NCBI GenBank assembly: GCA_028023455.1
Contig: JAQFVV010000006.1
Coordinates: 9,424,001-9,488,000, forward strand
Direction of reading: 5' to 3'
Origin: Epiperipatus broadwayi
Lineage: Eukaryota > Animalia > Onychophora
DNA length: 64,000 nucleotides
How positions within the stretch are numbered: position 1 is the first letter of the stretch; every line of letters starts with the position of its first letter. Under the pieces are notes generated by a model. That model had not been told where the DNA came from. It did not search any database and worked only from the letters and a program-made list of their open reading frames with translations. A program made the translations under genes and the position numbers. Shown piece by piece: positions 13,780 to 26,716 of the stretch.

Positions 13780-14065
13780 ATACATGGATGAGAGAAAAAA
13801 GTAGTTCATCATTGAAAGAGTTAAAAAAACTGAAATAGAGTTGATCTGGACATATTGCTAGATAAGATAATAATAGACGGACATTTGAAGTCTTAAACTG
13901 GATCTCAAAGGATTACAAACAACTTATAAATGGAGAACTTGTGAAGTAGATGGACAAAGTAAGGAAGTTTGCTAGTGTGATGTGGAGAAGCTGGAAATTA
14001 GAGAAACTGGATTAAGAGAGATCTTTATTCTGCAGTCGATTGATAACGGTTCAAAATGATGATTG
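13780..14065 (+). mobile_element. Degraded RTE-like LINE 3' fragment (related minus-strand fragment at about 14540-14750)
   Basis: Similar to 38700-38960 (aactggat..caa.ggattacaaa...agagat..ttat.ctgcagt...aaaatgatgat). Confidence 0.55.
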
Positions 14066-15864
14066 GGTATTCTCTTTCTTTGTTAGACCTACAGTTAATC
14101 AATGGATCAATGGTTTAATGAAAACCATAGAGACATAAACTCAAAGAACTGAGCTGACAGAAAAAAGTAAAAAATAAATTCTTTAGGTTGATTGACGAAG
14201 TGCAATTATAGTATTCAGTCCATCACAATAATGCTCAGATGTCACATGATTTTTCTAACAATCTGATTAATTATTATTAAAATCATTCAAATTTCTGCTA
14301 CGGTTTTATCAACTGGAATAATGACATTCACGTAATAAAGTTTAATCTCAAAACCAGACCCAAGTCTGAACCTGTTGACCAGTTTTGGGTGTGAGATTAG
14401 AATTTTTGATTCAATTATTCAAAAAACTACAGTATTTAAATACAGCCATCAAGACTGTATAAAAACATTTAATATCAACTATTTTAGAAAATATCTTTGA
14501 ATACACAGCTGAGGTTTTTAATACCAATGTGTTATTCAACCACAGAAAGATCTGAATTTAATCCAGTTTCTCTAATATAAAATTTTTCTTCACATTATTA
14601 CAGCAAATGTCCTTATTTTATCCATCTACATGCCTCTTTATAAGTCTTTTACAATCTCCTGGCTTCTACATTAAGACTTCAACTTGTCCTTCTAACATGC
14701 TGGTGACTCGTAAAGCTCAGTTCCTTCTTAGTCTTTTAATTCTTCCAATATACAAAACAAACAAATAGTTAGTTGCTCAGAAGTGATGTGACATTTGAAA
14801 CCTACAGTGATAGATTAAGCTTCAAACCAGGAATATTTAGTTCTTAACTCGGCTAATCTACCACTGCACAAAACCACACAAGGTCATTCTTTCAACAATG
14901 TCTGTGATATATGTTTTGTTTCTCAACTATGTACTTCACTTCTAATTCTTCTTCGTTAATACCAGCTATTTTACATAAATTTAAATTTTCACAATATATA
15001 TATAATGACACACATTATTACACCATCACTTTATAACTGAACGCTATGATTACGAGAGTAGTGTAACTCTCAAAAGCAATCAGCATTATTTTGATATTTT
15101 AATGATAAAGAATACAACTCTCTTCAGCTGCGTATTAACACAAATCTTAACCCATTACTTGTGATGAAGTAGAAGGGTAAACATCATATCATTACATATA
15201 CTTATTATAATATTGGGTAAGTCAATAAATTTACTACCCCTTTTAATTTATTACTCATGTAAAAAAAATTCAATCTTTAATCCTGTACTTATAGAATAAT
15301 TATTCGCCCCAAATTTAATGATTTGTATTAATCTTTTCCAAATTATTAGGTGATTGCTAATATTTTCTACGGTAAATATTTTTGTAAATTAAATAATGAC
15401 TATCCTAAATTAATAAAAAGACATCTGAGTTGACTTTTTCCAATATATAATATTAAAATCACTGAGTTGGCAAACTGCTTACATAATAACAATAAACAAA
15501 TAAAAACAAAACAAAAGGAAATACATATTAAAAATTAAAAGAAAATGTGTATCTTGCTGATTAATATTTCAGCCAGGTTATTGGTTTTCTTCAGAAACAA
15601 GAGCTCTAACTTTCTGAAGAAAACCAGTTCAGGATGAAATATTAAACTGCAAGACAAACATTTATTATAGGTATTTCATTCTTTACATATATAAAAATGT
15701 AAACTATAAATTAAAATATAAAATAAATAAACACTAAGCAAATTCATGCACTTCAGACCAATTCTCTTGATTACATATATGTTTCAGATCAATAGGTTTA
15801 TCGGGTGTGTTAGAAGTCTTAAACATTCACTAATCATTTCAGCATAGTGACCTGTGCTCTAGAG

Positions 15865-15897
<33 letters not shown>

Positions 15898-16035
15898 CCA
15901 AAGATCTTATTTATTTTCAAATGATAAATATAGGTTGTGATTAAATCAATAATTTACATTAAATGCTAATTATGCACTGCAAAAATGATTATGATATGTC
16001 TGCAATCATGCATAAATCAGAAAATATCACCAACA

Positions 16036-16490
16036 TTAGAATAACAGAAGCTAAACTCTCCATACAATAACACCATTCAGTGCAAACCAGAGTAATCGAT
16101 GGCTGAAAGAAGGTTTATGCATAAAATCCCCATCTAGTGCCTACTCGTCCAATATACACAGACTAGTTTCTAATTTGTGGCCTTCATCAGTGAGGAACTT
16201 TGAATCTGACAGCACTGCACCTAGATCTAAGGCTCCTCACTGATGAAAGACAAAAGATCTAGATCTAGGTGCAGTGCTCTCAGATCCAAGGCTCCTCACT
16301 GATGTAAGCGACAAGCTAGAAACTAGTCTGGGGATATTGGTTGAGTAGGTACTAGATGGGGATTTTATGCACAAATCTTCTTGCATCCACTGATTGCTCT
16401 GGCTTCCACTGAGTGGTGCTACTGTATGGAGAGTTTAGCCTCTGTGTATAAGTTTCTGTAAGTATAAAGAATGGTGATCATGTGATGTTT
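16036..16490. mobile_element. Family A foldback (about 400-bp hairpin) with HHR-like motifs in both arms
   Basis: Minus strand: cctca CTGATGA aggccacaaatta GAAA CTAG TC at 16160-16195. Plus strand: ctcctca CTGATGT aagcgacaagcta GAAA CTAG TC TGGGGA at 16292-16334. Confidence 0.8.
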
Positions 16491-16990
16491 AGTGAACATT
16501 AGAATAAACATGTAATAAATGATAAGTAAACAGTAAAGTAGTATAATAAGCAGCAAGCGGATTTTAGTTTACAGTTTAGTTGATATTTACTATATATTTC
16601 TCATTTGTGGAGGTGATATTTTTCTATTTGGCCATAAATTCCAAATGAAGCCATAATAGACTCTGCACTGCATGGTGTGTGTTTAATATCAGCATAATAT
16701 CTAGATGTGAGAAAAAGAAATAGATCCTTTTGACATACCAAACACCAATAACTATTCAAATTTTAGTTGGTAAGTATTCAGATCTCTTGTACACCTAATA
16801 AAGCTGTACACTTCTATTACATATATGGTGTGAAAACAGTCCGTTATTTTAAGTTGCGTGTCAGTTTACAATTTTTAAAGTTTTTATATTCAATAGAATA
16901 TGTTAAATTTCATGCAATGATTATTTACATATATATATACATATATACAGTTATTAAATATATATAAATAAAATAAAATAAACAATCCAC

Positions 16991-17084
16991 CTCCTCTTTG
17001 GACTGATCGCGAACTGGCGTTCCATTAACTTCTAAAATTCGATCACCAACATGAAGAGAAACCAAATCAGGATTTAAATCAACT
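16991..17084 (-). CDS. LIMK1: LIM kinase exon: PDZ core (VDLNPDLVSLHVGDRILEVNGTPVRDQSKEE)
   Basis: Classic PDZ motif LHVGDRILEVNG. ttttgcAG acceptor and GAG|GT donor; 94 nt, phase 2 to phase 0. Confidence 0.93.
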
Positions 17085-20000
17085 CTGCAAAATTAAAAAT
17101 AATTATATTGCAATATTTTTTATTAGTAATAAAACCTTTAATTCTTTAACTTATCCAATAAAGCAAAAGCAGCTCTCTACTTAGCGCCATCTATGATAGC
17201 ACTGAGTAATCAATAATTACCAAGTGGTAGTCAATTCAAATTACATTCGATAGACTGGTTTTCTAAATTTCGCTTTTATCAATAAGGCTTGGGATTCAAA
17301 ACTGGAAATAAAGCAATCATGCATACAGTAACCATTTTGTAAACTAAATGAGAGTGATTTATTATTATTATCATTTCTGGCCAGGTGAAAAAAACAAAAA
17401 GGCTTATGATTAGAAACGAACTGCAGTTACTAAAATATATCGTTAATGATTTAGAGCCAGACCTACATAAAACTTCAAGCATGTAATCTTGGATTCAAAC
17501 CCTAGCATGTTTTAAATTTCAAATTTTTAGCTTAAAGAGAGAAAGAGAATTGAATGGGAATGCTAGACATATGAATGCATTACTTTCAGCTTTGAATCTC
17601 AAACCTTGGTGATGAAGGTAAACACCAGAAATGGTATTAGGGTATTGATTTAAAGACATTACCATTTAAGAATCACTGATTCCTCAGGATTACTACAAAT
17701 TGTGCATACCAAAATAAATCGTTACATGAATCTTCCAGCAATATCTGCATTAGCAGTAATTATTCCCCTACATCACCCTATTCCAGAACCATTTAGACAG
17801 CCATGAGTAAGACATGAATATTAGATAGAAGTCTGAATAAGATCTTCAGGCTAGTTCCAGTTAAAACCCTTTATCAGTCAGTTCTTGATTGCACACATCC
17901 ATCTAGCAGTCATTTTTACTTCTATAGTAATATTCAAGACTGGTTTGGATTCAAAACGCTAAGATATTGAAACTTGCAAGAAATTAGCTTATATAGTATA
18001 AAAAGATCTAGTAGACTTCTAAAGGAATACATGCAACCCAATGCTATTCCCCGATATCCAAAAACTAACCTGGAAATCTGCCTGACACTACCAATAAGTG
18101 TCCACTTACTATTCATGCATACATAAATGGCTTTAGTATAGGATGATGTAAAAAGGAATGGATTACTGTTTTATTACTTACTTTTTTTAATAAAAAAGAC
18201 CTGATTTCATTCTAATTTGGATTAATATTACAGCAGCTCTTCTTTTTAAAACTCGTATTTTATTTCATTGCGAATGTAATTTTACGAAAATATTTTTCCG
18301 GTTATCTACGATCAATAGCTATCTAATGCTGATGCCCTTTGTGATTCAATCACTTAGAATTCACTTAATAAAAAGCTGCACCATGTGGTTAAGATCCGAG
18401 AGCTAAAAGCTTCTGCAAAAACTCGATCTATCAACTCTAGTGGTGGAAGGTCACATGACTTCCCAAATAATTACTGTTCGATTATTATTACTATTACAAA
18501 ATATAAACAAGTTTTGGGTTAGATTAAAATAGTATGGTCATACGGATAGTAAAAAAAAAAATTATCTCGCGGTTTGTTGTTTGAGAGGTCATGTGACATT
18601 TGAGCAATGGGGGTGGCATAATCAAGCTTTAATTACTGGATTTTTTAGCTCTAGAGTTTGTCAATCTATTACTACAATAAACCAGGCAGAGAATGGAGAA
18701 ATGAATTATTGACAAAGAAATATCCAGCTTTAAGAAGAAAATGCCGTGGTGAAGTTTTATATGGAAACGTAACACTTTTAGATATTTTACTTTCAGTTAA
18801 ATGCTTTTGATAATATATTACATGGATTTGAAATTCTGTAAAATTCAATACAAATGATTTTAAGTGGCTCCATCTACTTAAAATAATGAATCAGCATTTT
18901 TAAATCAACTTATTTATTTTAAAATCAATACAGCTTTCTTATCCATTTCTATGTTTGCCTCTTTTTTAACTTGAAATATTCCAAGAAGAGCTTTTGAGAG
19001 AGCAACATTCATTATGGAATAGCTATATAGTAATTTTTTTTTTAATACTAATTCTCTTGAGACTGATTGAACATATGATAGAGAATAACTTGTTTATTGC
19101 ATTTTGCCTACATTTAACATAAATCTAATTAACCCATGCCCCCTCACTCATACCCATACCTAAACCATTTAATGTAAGATGACCGATCTGAAGTATTTTA
19201 GAAAAGTTTCCCTTTTTTTCAATATTTTGACTAGAATCATTATAAATCTTATATAATATTGCTGAGGTGTTAAAAAATAAATTGATTTTAAACACATCTT
19301 AAATAAGTTTTCAGTTAGGAATAATTTTCTTGTTTCAAATGTAACACTCATTATTCTTTGATATAAAGAGAAATTACAACTTGATAATTAAATGCTTAGT
19401 TGCTTGGGAGATCATGTGATATTTGAGCAAGCAGCACGTTGAAATAATACCATTCAATTGGTCAAACTAAAATTATTTTTGTTTTTTCTCCAATCCAAAA
19501 TCTTTAAATCTTTTTGGTTGCCACTTGACAATATTACTTTATATTGCAGAGGGACTAAAAAAAAACTGCAAACAGATGAAAATAAAATATGAATCAGTGA
19601 GGAAATAAAACAAATACCAAATTCCAATATAAGTGAAATTTTCATTAATAATTTTTAATAACATTAACATTTTTTGTTTAGCAAATATACTTCAAAATAA
19701 AAAAAAATACAATAACATATGCATAAGGTACTAAAACCCAACAAATAACTTTTTCTTCAACCACAATTGTGATTGTTATATTTAACTTGAAATAAAAGCG
19801 TGGAGCTTCTATTAATCATTGACTGAATTAATTTATGGATGCTCCATACTTTGATTTCAAGTTAAATATAAAACAAAATTCTAGTTGAAGGAAAAAAATT
19901 ATTAGAACATTACCCATCATATTAAATAAAAGTGCTGTTATATATATATTATCTTTTATTTTTTAATATTCAGATATTTTGCAACGGACTTCTTGTTTTC

Positions 20001-21385
20001 AAGTTTAAAAAGTGTCAATTGAAACAAGTTACCGTATTTCTAAAATTTGAAATAAAATTCGCAAGCATTAAAAAATGTTTACAAAATTTTTTTGTTTATA
20101 TAAGTGAAGTTTTTTAAAAAAAGCAACTTAATCATGAAGAGAAATTAAGATTTTATCCTTCACTTCATTTTCTAATTTAATTAACTGGAAATACTTTTCA
20201 ATGAATTAGTCATGAAACTCAATAAAAATGTGCAGCACTGAAAATTTAATGATCCGATATCTATACGGTTTGAATTTCAATGCACCAAAAACTGTTAGGA
20301 AATATCACATTGTCATATCAATTTCTAACGTGTATAAAATTTTGAATAAAATCTGTTCGATAGAAGTTGAAATGTCTGCGCATATATAAATAAAAGATTT
20401 ATTTTTTGTAAATAGGCACAGATTTCTACACTTTAATAACATTCCCTTTATTGGAGAAATTTACTCTAGAAATTTGCTGAAAAAAATCATCCCAAAATTA
20501 TAGATTAAATTAGAATAGAATTTGTATACAAATAAAACTAGTGCATACAAATTAGATCGTATATATTTACTCCCTGGATAAATAAATGAAGAAGAGGGAA
20601 GAAGTAGTTAAAATGGTTAGACTGAATTAAAGTTGGTGTTGATTTGAAGTGATAACAGATCAGCAGTAAAGAATGGTCAATGGTAGACCAGTAGACCCAT
20701 TAGTAGTGATTACGTTTAAAATGGAGTAGCTACAAGCAAAAAGCAGTTACTTATTTGTGTATTAAAAAGATTACCATCAAAGACTAATTAACTGAAGCTT
20801 AACCAAACCACAAGAGACAAGTTGGAAATGCAGATCAATATATAATGTATATATTGTGTGTGCCGATGTAAGCACTAATATTGTGAACTTTAATAGTTTT
20901 ATTCTATATGTGAAATTATATATGCTCATTTGTGTTTCAAAAGACAATTTGAAAACACAAATACAATGATTGAATTACTTCTGGTGTGAAAGAAGACTTT
21001 TTTCACCTGAGGAAACTTGAACCTTTTTAAGTTGCTTTACCACATTATTATTTGGTATTAAATAAATCTTGTTATATAACATTTTGAAGTATATTGTTTA
21101 TTTATTTAGCTCCCTGACTGATCTTTTGAGAGCCTCAGAGCACAGCAGAAATACGTTAACAATCGGTTACAAGATTTGATCCAAATTAAAAGAATTTCTA
21201 AGTTAAATAAAAACATTTAAAAAGATTAATTATTGTATTTAAGTGTTAAGATACAATATTAAATTGTGTTTAAGAATTGAAGCAAATGTATTTGTATATT
21301 ATGACCGGTGAGAAAGGAATACTTAAAAATATTAATTTAAATAATTTTAATATTCATTGAATAGACATTTATAACACACACCATG

Positions 21386-22040
21386 TATTAATAAGCCAAG
21401 AAGCTAAATACACATGCACTTTGTAGATTTAACTATATAAATGAATACTCTCACTTAGCAAACACAAGATAAAGTCTTTGTGAAAAGATAGGATGAATCC
21501 ATCTATCTTTTGGGCAAATCTTAAGTATTTGGAAATGCGAGCGTGAAGATGTTAATCGATCACTTTAAATTACTTTTTACTATGCCTGAATGAATGACAC
21601 TTGCAAAATTTCTAGAATTTAAGATACGTCATTCTTATTAAATTAAACATATGTAAATAAGACATTTATTTTAGATAGCGCGATGTTTTTATAAACTGTA
21701 ATATTAATAAGCCAAGAAACTAATGCACATGCACTTTGTAGATTTAACTATATAAATGAATACTCTCACTTTCCAAACACAAGATAAAATCTTTGTGAAA
21801 AGATAGGATGAATCCATCTATCTTTTTGACCCAAACGTTTATGTATGGGCAAATCTTAAGTATTTGGAAATGAGAGCGTGACGATGTTAATTGATCACTT
21901 TAAATTACTTTTTACTATGCCTGAATGAATGACGCTTGCGAAATTTCTAGAATTTATAGTTAAATCTACAAAACGCATGTGCATTAGCTTCTTGGCTTAT
22001 TAATATTACAGTTTATAAAAACATGGCGCTATATAAAATA
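21386..22040. repeat. Family G repeat: direct duplication with terminal inverted arms; reverse copy at about 34610-35000
   Basis: tattaataagccaagaa...ctttgtagatttaactatataaatgaatactctcac occurs at 21386 and 21702, inverted at 21955-22030. Confidence 0.75.
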
Positions 22041-23101
22041 AATGTCTTATTTACATATATTATATTAAAAATTGATTTTTTTTATTTTATTCTGGTGATG
22101 TTTGTGTCCACTTCAAATCTGTTTTCTAATTTGATTTTTCTCCCTTTGCTTAATCGAACAAGTCAACTTTCTTCATTCTTCTATTCCTATTTTGTAATTA
22201 CAAATTACAAATTATTGGACCAATTTGTTCTCATTACTAATATCAATTACTCTAATTGTGAAATAAAATAGTACACAATTCTGGCATATCAATTCATTTA
22301 CACTGCAGTATTTATTTTTTAATTTTATTTTAAATATGTGTAATAATTTATTAATAAATACTGCCCATATATTACATTCGCCATTTCTATATAGTGAAAT
22401 ATGATTACGCATGACATTAATACAGGAACAGGGTTTATAGAACTACGAAATCTCTTCCATTGTTAATGAAGACTACATCATATTATGATAATTTTATTTT
22501 TACAATCATTACAACAGACTTCTTTCTTATCGACCCCCACCCCCTTCCTGGATTAACCTAAAAAACTTTATTCTGGATTTACATACAGTATCCAGCAGCC
22601 ATCTTTTACTTCAGTTAAGTTTGTCAAATTAATGAATCTAAAGTTTTCACACACCTTAATGTTTTGAATCAAGTTAGCCCGCTTTTCCAGTTTTATGGCT
22701 TCCACATTAAAATATATCATTGCTAGCCTGATGTCTAATTATAATAATATTATAACACTTACACCTGAAACACACAATTGTTGACTTAGTATCAGATCTA
22801 TAGAAGAGGGCAAGCCAATTGGCTTAGGTTCAAATTCTGAGGGTTTTTGAATGTTTTCAAGTCACTGAGTTGAAATGTATAATAGTATTTAAAAATGGCT
22901 ACTGGAATCCAATGTTCATTGAAGGTCAAAAGTTGAGAAACTAGCCTGGGTATCTTTGGCACTGCTATCTATTTTTCATTGACTACTCGGCCTCACATAC
23001 AATGAAAGATATTTCAACATTGATAAATTTGCAGATAGTTACATAAAATCCAGTTCATATAACAAAAGTCAATTAAAATTCAAATATATGTATATACTTA
23101 C

Positions 23102-23287
23102 TCAGCTATATGTATACTTCTTTTAAATCCATCTCTGGGAGAATGGCGCCCCTTGTCAATGGCTAACTGGATTCCTCTTCGACAATCAGGAGTAGAAGGA
23201 ATTTGAACCAGTTGGATGGAATGTGGTCGTTTTACAAAAGGTGAATTTAATGTTTGGGGTCGCATTCGTTTCTTGTAACATGGTCCA
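23102..23287 (-). CDS. LIMK1: LIM kinase exon: end of LIM2 and PDZ start (GPCYKKRMRPQ...RPHSIQLVQIP...RSIHIAE)
   Basis: TG|T completes the Cys; PHSIQLV.IP marks the LIMK PDZ start. AG acceptor at 23288-23289, GTAAGT donor; 186 nt, phase 2 to phase 2. Confidence 0.92.
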
Positions 23288-23542
23288 CTAATATTTTGCA
23301 AATATATATATAAAAAAATAAGGCTCAGTTATATGGGGCAAAAAAAATTAACTGTTAATTTAAAAACAAACCAAAATATACTGATAATAAAAGGTGATTT
23401 CACACAAATGTATTTCTAAAAAAAAATAAAAAACATAATGAATGCATTTCAAACCAAGTAAAACACATTTCTAAATGACAAGATTTTTTTTTAATATACC
23501 TAATAAATAATATTTAAAGTGCAGTCAATATTGAAATAATTG

Positions 23543-23793
23543 AGAGAGTGCAAATTTCTCAAGCGCTTATGACTACAACTAGCCAATCAAATCTTAAGCA
23601 CTGGGACAGAGAATTTTAATAAGAAAAGAGTGGTTCCACTCTTTTCTTTACTTGTCTTTGGACTGGCTTGGATATATATAAAGACAAGTAAAGAAAAGAG
23701 TGGAACTGCTCTTTTCTTACAAAAATTCTCTGTCCCAGTGCTTAAGATGATTGGCTGGTTGTAATCATAAGCGCTTGAGAAATTTACACTCTC
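23543..23793. repeat. 250-bp palindrome with three nested internal hairpins
   Basis: Outer stem gagagagtg...cactctctc; inner AAGAAAAGAGTGG-TT-CCACTCTTTTCTT, TACTTGTCTTT/AAAGACAAGTA, and a second AAGAAAAGAG hairpin. Confidence 0.85.
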
Positions 23794-24039
23794 TCAATTA
23801 TATCTAATAAACTAATTCTTTAACAAGCTCATAAAAAAGTGTATACTGTGTTTATCAGTCTGATAAAAAATAATTCAACATAAACTTTTAACAAATGTAT
23901 GTGCATTATCATTATCACTTTAACCAGTATTAATCCATTTCAAGACGGACTCTGAATTTAATTCAATTTCTTAAAGTCGTAATTTCTCTTGCCCATATCT
24001 CTTCATCACAATTTATTAAATTCCCATATCCATTTAACA

Positions 24040-24477
24040 CAGGGGATAGGCAATTGTTTTGGCTCAGAGGCCACTTTGTGGAAGAGAAAGTTAGGGGAGG
24101 GCCGTACCTTTTTTTCATAACACAATAAACATACTGCTTTATTTCCTGTATTACCAAAGAAATATTTGTTTGTCCATTCTTCATTAAACACACAACATTC
24201 ATCACCGATTTTACATTTTTTCGGCGGGTTCATGGTTTCACTAAAGTTGGAAATGTATATATGTGTTAATGCAAAAACAAAATTGAAATTAACCAGATCG
24301 ACTGGAAAAGCACTGTGCATCGTATCTACACTGTGCATGTTTATTGATGTGGCCATCATAGTGGAAAATACGAGAATCTTCGGTCGCACACAGGAAGGAA
24401 ATCTCAGTTCAAGGCAGATTTTCTGATTGTCTTGGTGGGCCGCATGTGGCCCTCAGGCCTCTATTTGCCCACACCTG
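24040..24477 (-). mobile_element. hAT (Charlie/GTF2IRD2-type) deletion derivative retaining the transposase N-terminus
   Basis: TIRs CAGGGGATAGGCAA / TTGCCCACACCTG; perfect 8-bp TSD ATTTAACA; minus strand MNPPKKCKIGDECCVFNEEWTNKYFFGNTGNKAVCLLC (BED-finger-like start). Confidence 0.88.
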
Positions 24478-24726
24478 ATTTAACATGTTCTTTTACAATA
24501 CCTTAGTTTAAGGCTTCAATTATTCGTCTACATTATCTCTTCTAATATATCCATTCTACTTCATTTCAGCTTATTAATTATTTCAATGATCTGACATGTA
24601 CTTATTCCTTCACCCATGTATTTTGCTTTCAATTATTTCTTATTAATCCCAACATCTCCATAGTTCATTGTTTGATTTGCCATTTCAGTAGATGTCTATT
24701 TGTGTCACTATGTGTGCATATTGATT

Positions 24727-25385
24727 AAAAAATCAAGTCAGATGTCACACGAGCTAATTTTAATAAAGCTCGTATTTACAAATGTTATGTATAGAGTTCG
24801 CAAAACAAACTCTTAACAAGCTTTGAAAATACTCTCAATCCCTGACCGTTTTCTGCATCTAGCGTCGTCAGTGAGATGTTAGGATATTCATTAGATTAAA
24901 AATACTAGGACTAGCCCAGCACTTTATCTAATGTATAACTAACTATTCAGAAGAAAATCTGAAACTTTCAGACATCCATATGTCTAAAAATCCAGCTATC
25001 TAACTCAAATAGCCATATGGGACTGAACTAAGTTCAGATACACCATATATTAATAGCTCTGGCAATATAAAATCGCCAAAGCCTTAGTAGCAAAAAATAA
25101 ATTGATAAAAAAATCAAATCAGATGTCACGTGACCTAATTTTAATAAAGCTCGTATTTTCAAATGTAAATTCGAGTTAGATAGCTGGATTTTTAGACATA
25201 TGGATGTCTGAAAGTTTCAGATTTTCTTCTCAATAGTTATACATTAGATAAAGTGCTGGGCTAGTCCTAGTATTTTTAATCCAATGAATATCCTAACATC
25301 TCACTGACGACGCTAGATGCAGAAACCGGTCTGGGGTTGAGGGTATTCTCAAAGCTTGTTAAGAGTTTGTTTTGCGAACTCTATA
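24727..25385. mobile_element. Foldback element (family D relative), arms about 24790-25010 and 25165-25385, HHR motif in each arm
   Basis: Plus strand: ATCTCA CTGACGA cgctagatgca GAAA CCGG TC TGGGGT at 25298-25337. Mirror copy on the minus strand at about 24836-24880. Confidence 0.8.
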
Positions 25386-25948
25386 TATAAAATATGTGTG
25401 CATATATACATAATTTTATAATTTTAAATCAATTCAAATACAAACTGACAAAAAACAATTATTATTTTTTTATTATATTTACAGTATCTAATTAGTTTTT
25501 CTTCCATTCAGATTAACTTTTCAAGATGCCTTTAATTTAATAACTTCCTTCAATGAATTAAATTACAACATCTCCCTCCTGTGGTTATTTTTCTAATTAC
25601 AATCAAAAGGCAAGTGTACTTAACACAAGAAGATGTTATACTTCAACTAACTGATGAGATCATCAGATGAAAGCGTTTTGAAAAGTTTTCTGAATGGAAG
25701 AACACTAGAGAGAGTAAATTAATTAAATTTTAAAAAAAGTCTGTCATTTGTCAATTTTTATTCAAAATGATTTAAAATTATAATGTATATAATAGAGTAA
25801 TTAAAAATCATCATTTAAGTTATATATGAATATATGCCTAATTCTATTTTTACACACACACAATAACATATTAGACACATTAGTAAATAAGTATCAATTT
25901 GGCATATTTGATATCCAATTCTTTGTAATTTATTTTTTAGATCTAAAA

Positions 25949-26134
25949 CAATGGCTCTCAACCTTCCTAATGCCGCGATCCTTTAATTCAGTTCCTTACG
26001 TTGTGGTGACCCCAACCTTTAATTTTGTTACTGTTATGAATCGAAAATATGTATTTTCTAATGGTCTAGGCGATCCCTGTGAAAGAGTTGTTCGACCCTC
26101 AAAGGGATCGCGACCCACAGGTTGAGAACCGCTG
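25949..26134 (+). mobile_element. SPIN/URR1-like hAT MITE (186 bp)
   Basis: CAATGGCTCTCAACCTTCCTAATGCCGCG...GTTGTGGTGACCCCAACC...GCGACCCACAGGTTGAGAACCGCTG; TSD ATCTAAAA/ATCTAAAG. Family assignment is from recall of the SPIN/URR1 consensus, not from a search. Confidence 0.8.
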
Positions 26135-26716
26135 ATCTAAAGGGAATCAATACAAAAAATATATAAATGTAATGTAATTGTCAAGAACTTCGCTAACGCT
26201 ATATAACATTTACAATAACTTTCAAAATGGCTGAAGCATCCTTCATTTTTTAAGGAATTAGAAGCCATACCATATGCCATATTTTCATGCGCATTTCCAT
26301 ATAATGCACATCTGATTTTTTCGGTAAAAAATTCAGATGTTTTTTGAAAATTATTATAAAAATCGATAACAAACAATATCCACAACAATAAAAATAAAAA
26401 CAAGTATACTATAAAGAAAGCTGTTTTTTTAAATCATTTTAATCACAAAAACCTAAAAATTCCTCCTCATTTTCATTCATATCACAACTATCTTCCATAT
26501 CTGGCTCATCACTATTTTCTTCATAAACATGTCATCAATGGCACTAAATAAATATCCCACTATTCTTAAAAGATTTTATAATGATTTCTTTCCTAAAGCT
26601 ATCTGACAATTTCTTCACCCAATGGACTAATGTCGGTCTTTTTCTTGTTGGTGTTAAATCATAAACGTTCCGTTATCATGAAACTATTACAACTTTCTTA
26701 TACTCTATATATATAT

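Noticed and set aside
21915-21955. HHR-like CTGAATGA...GCGAAATTTC in family G (also minus strand at about 34700-34735)
   Set aside because: Extra base in the core and no convincing stem I or II; not counted as a ribozyme.
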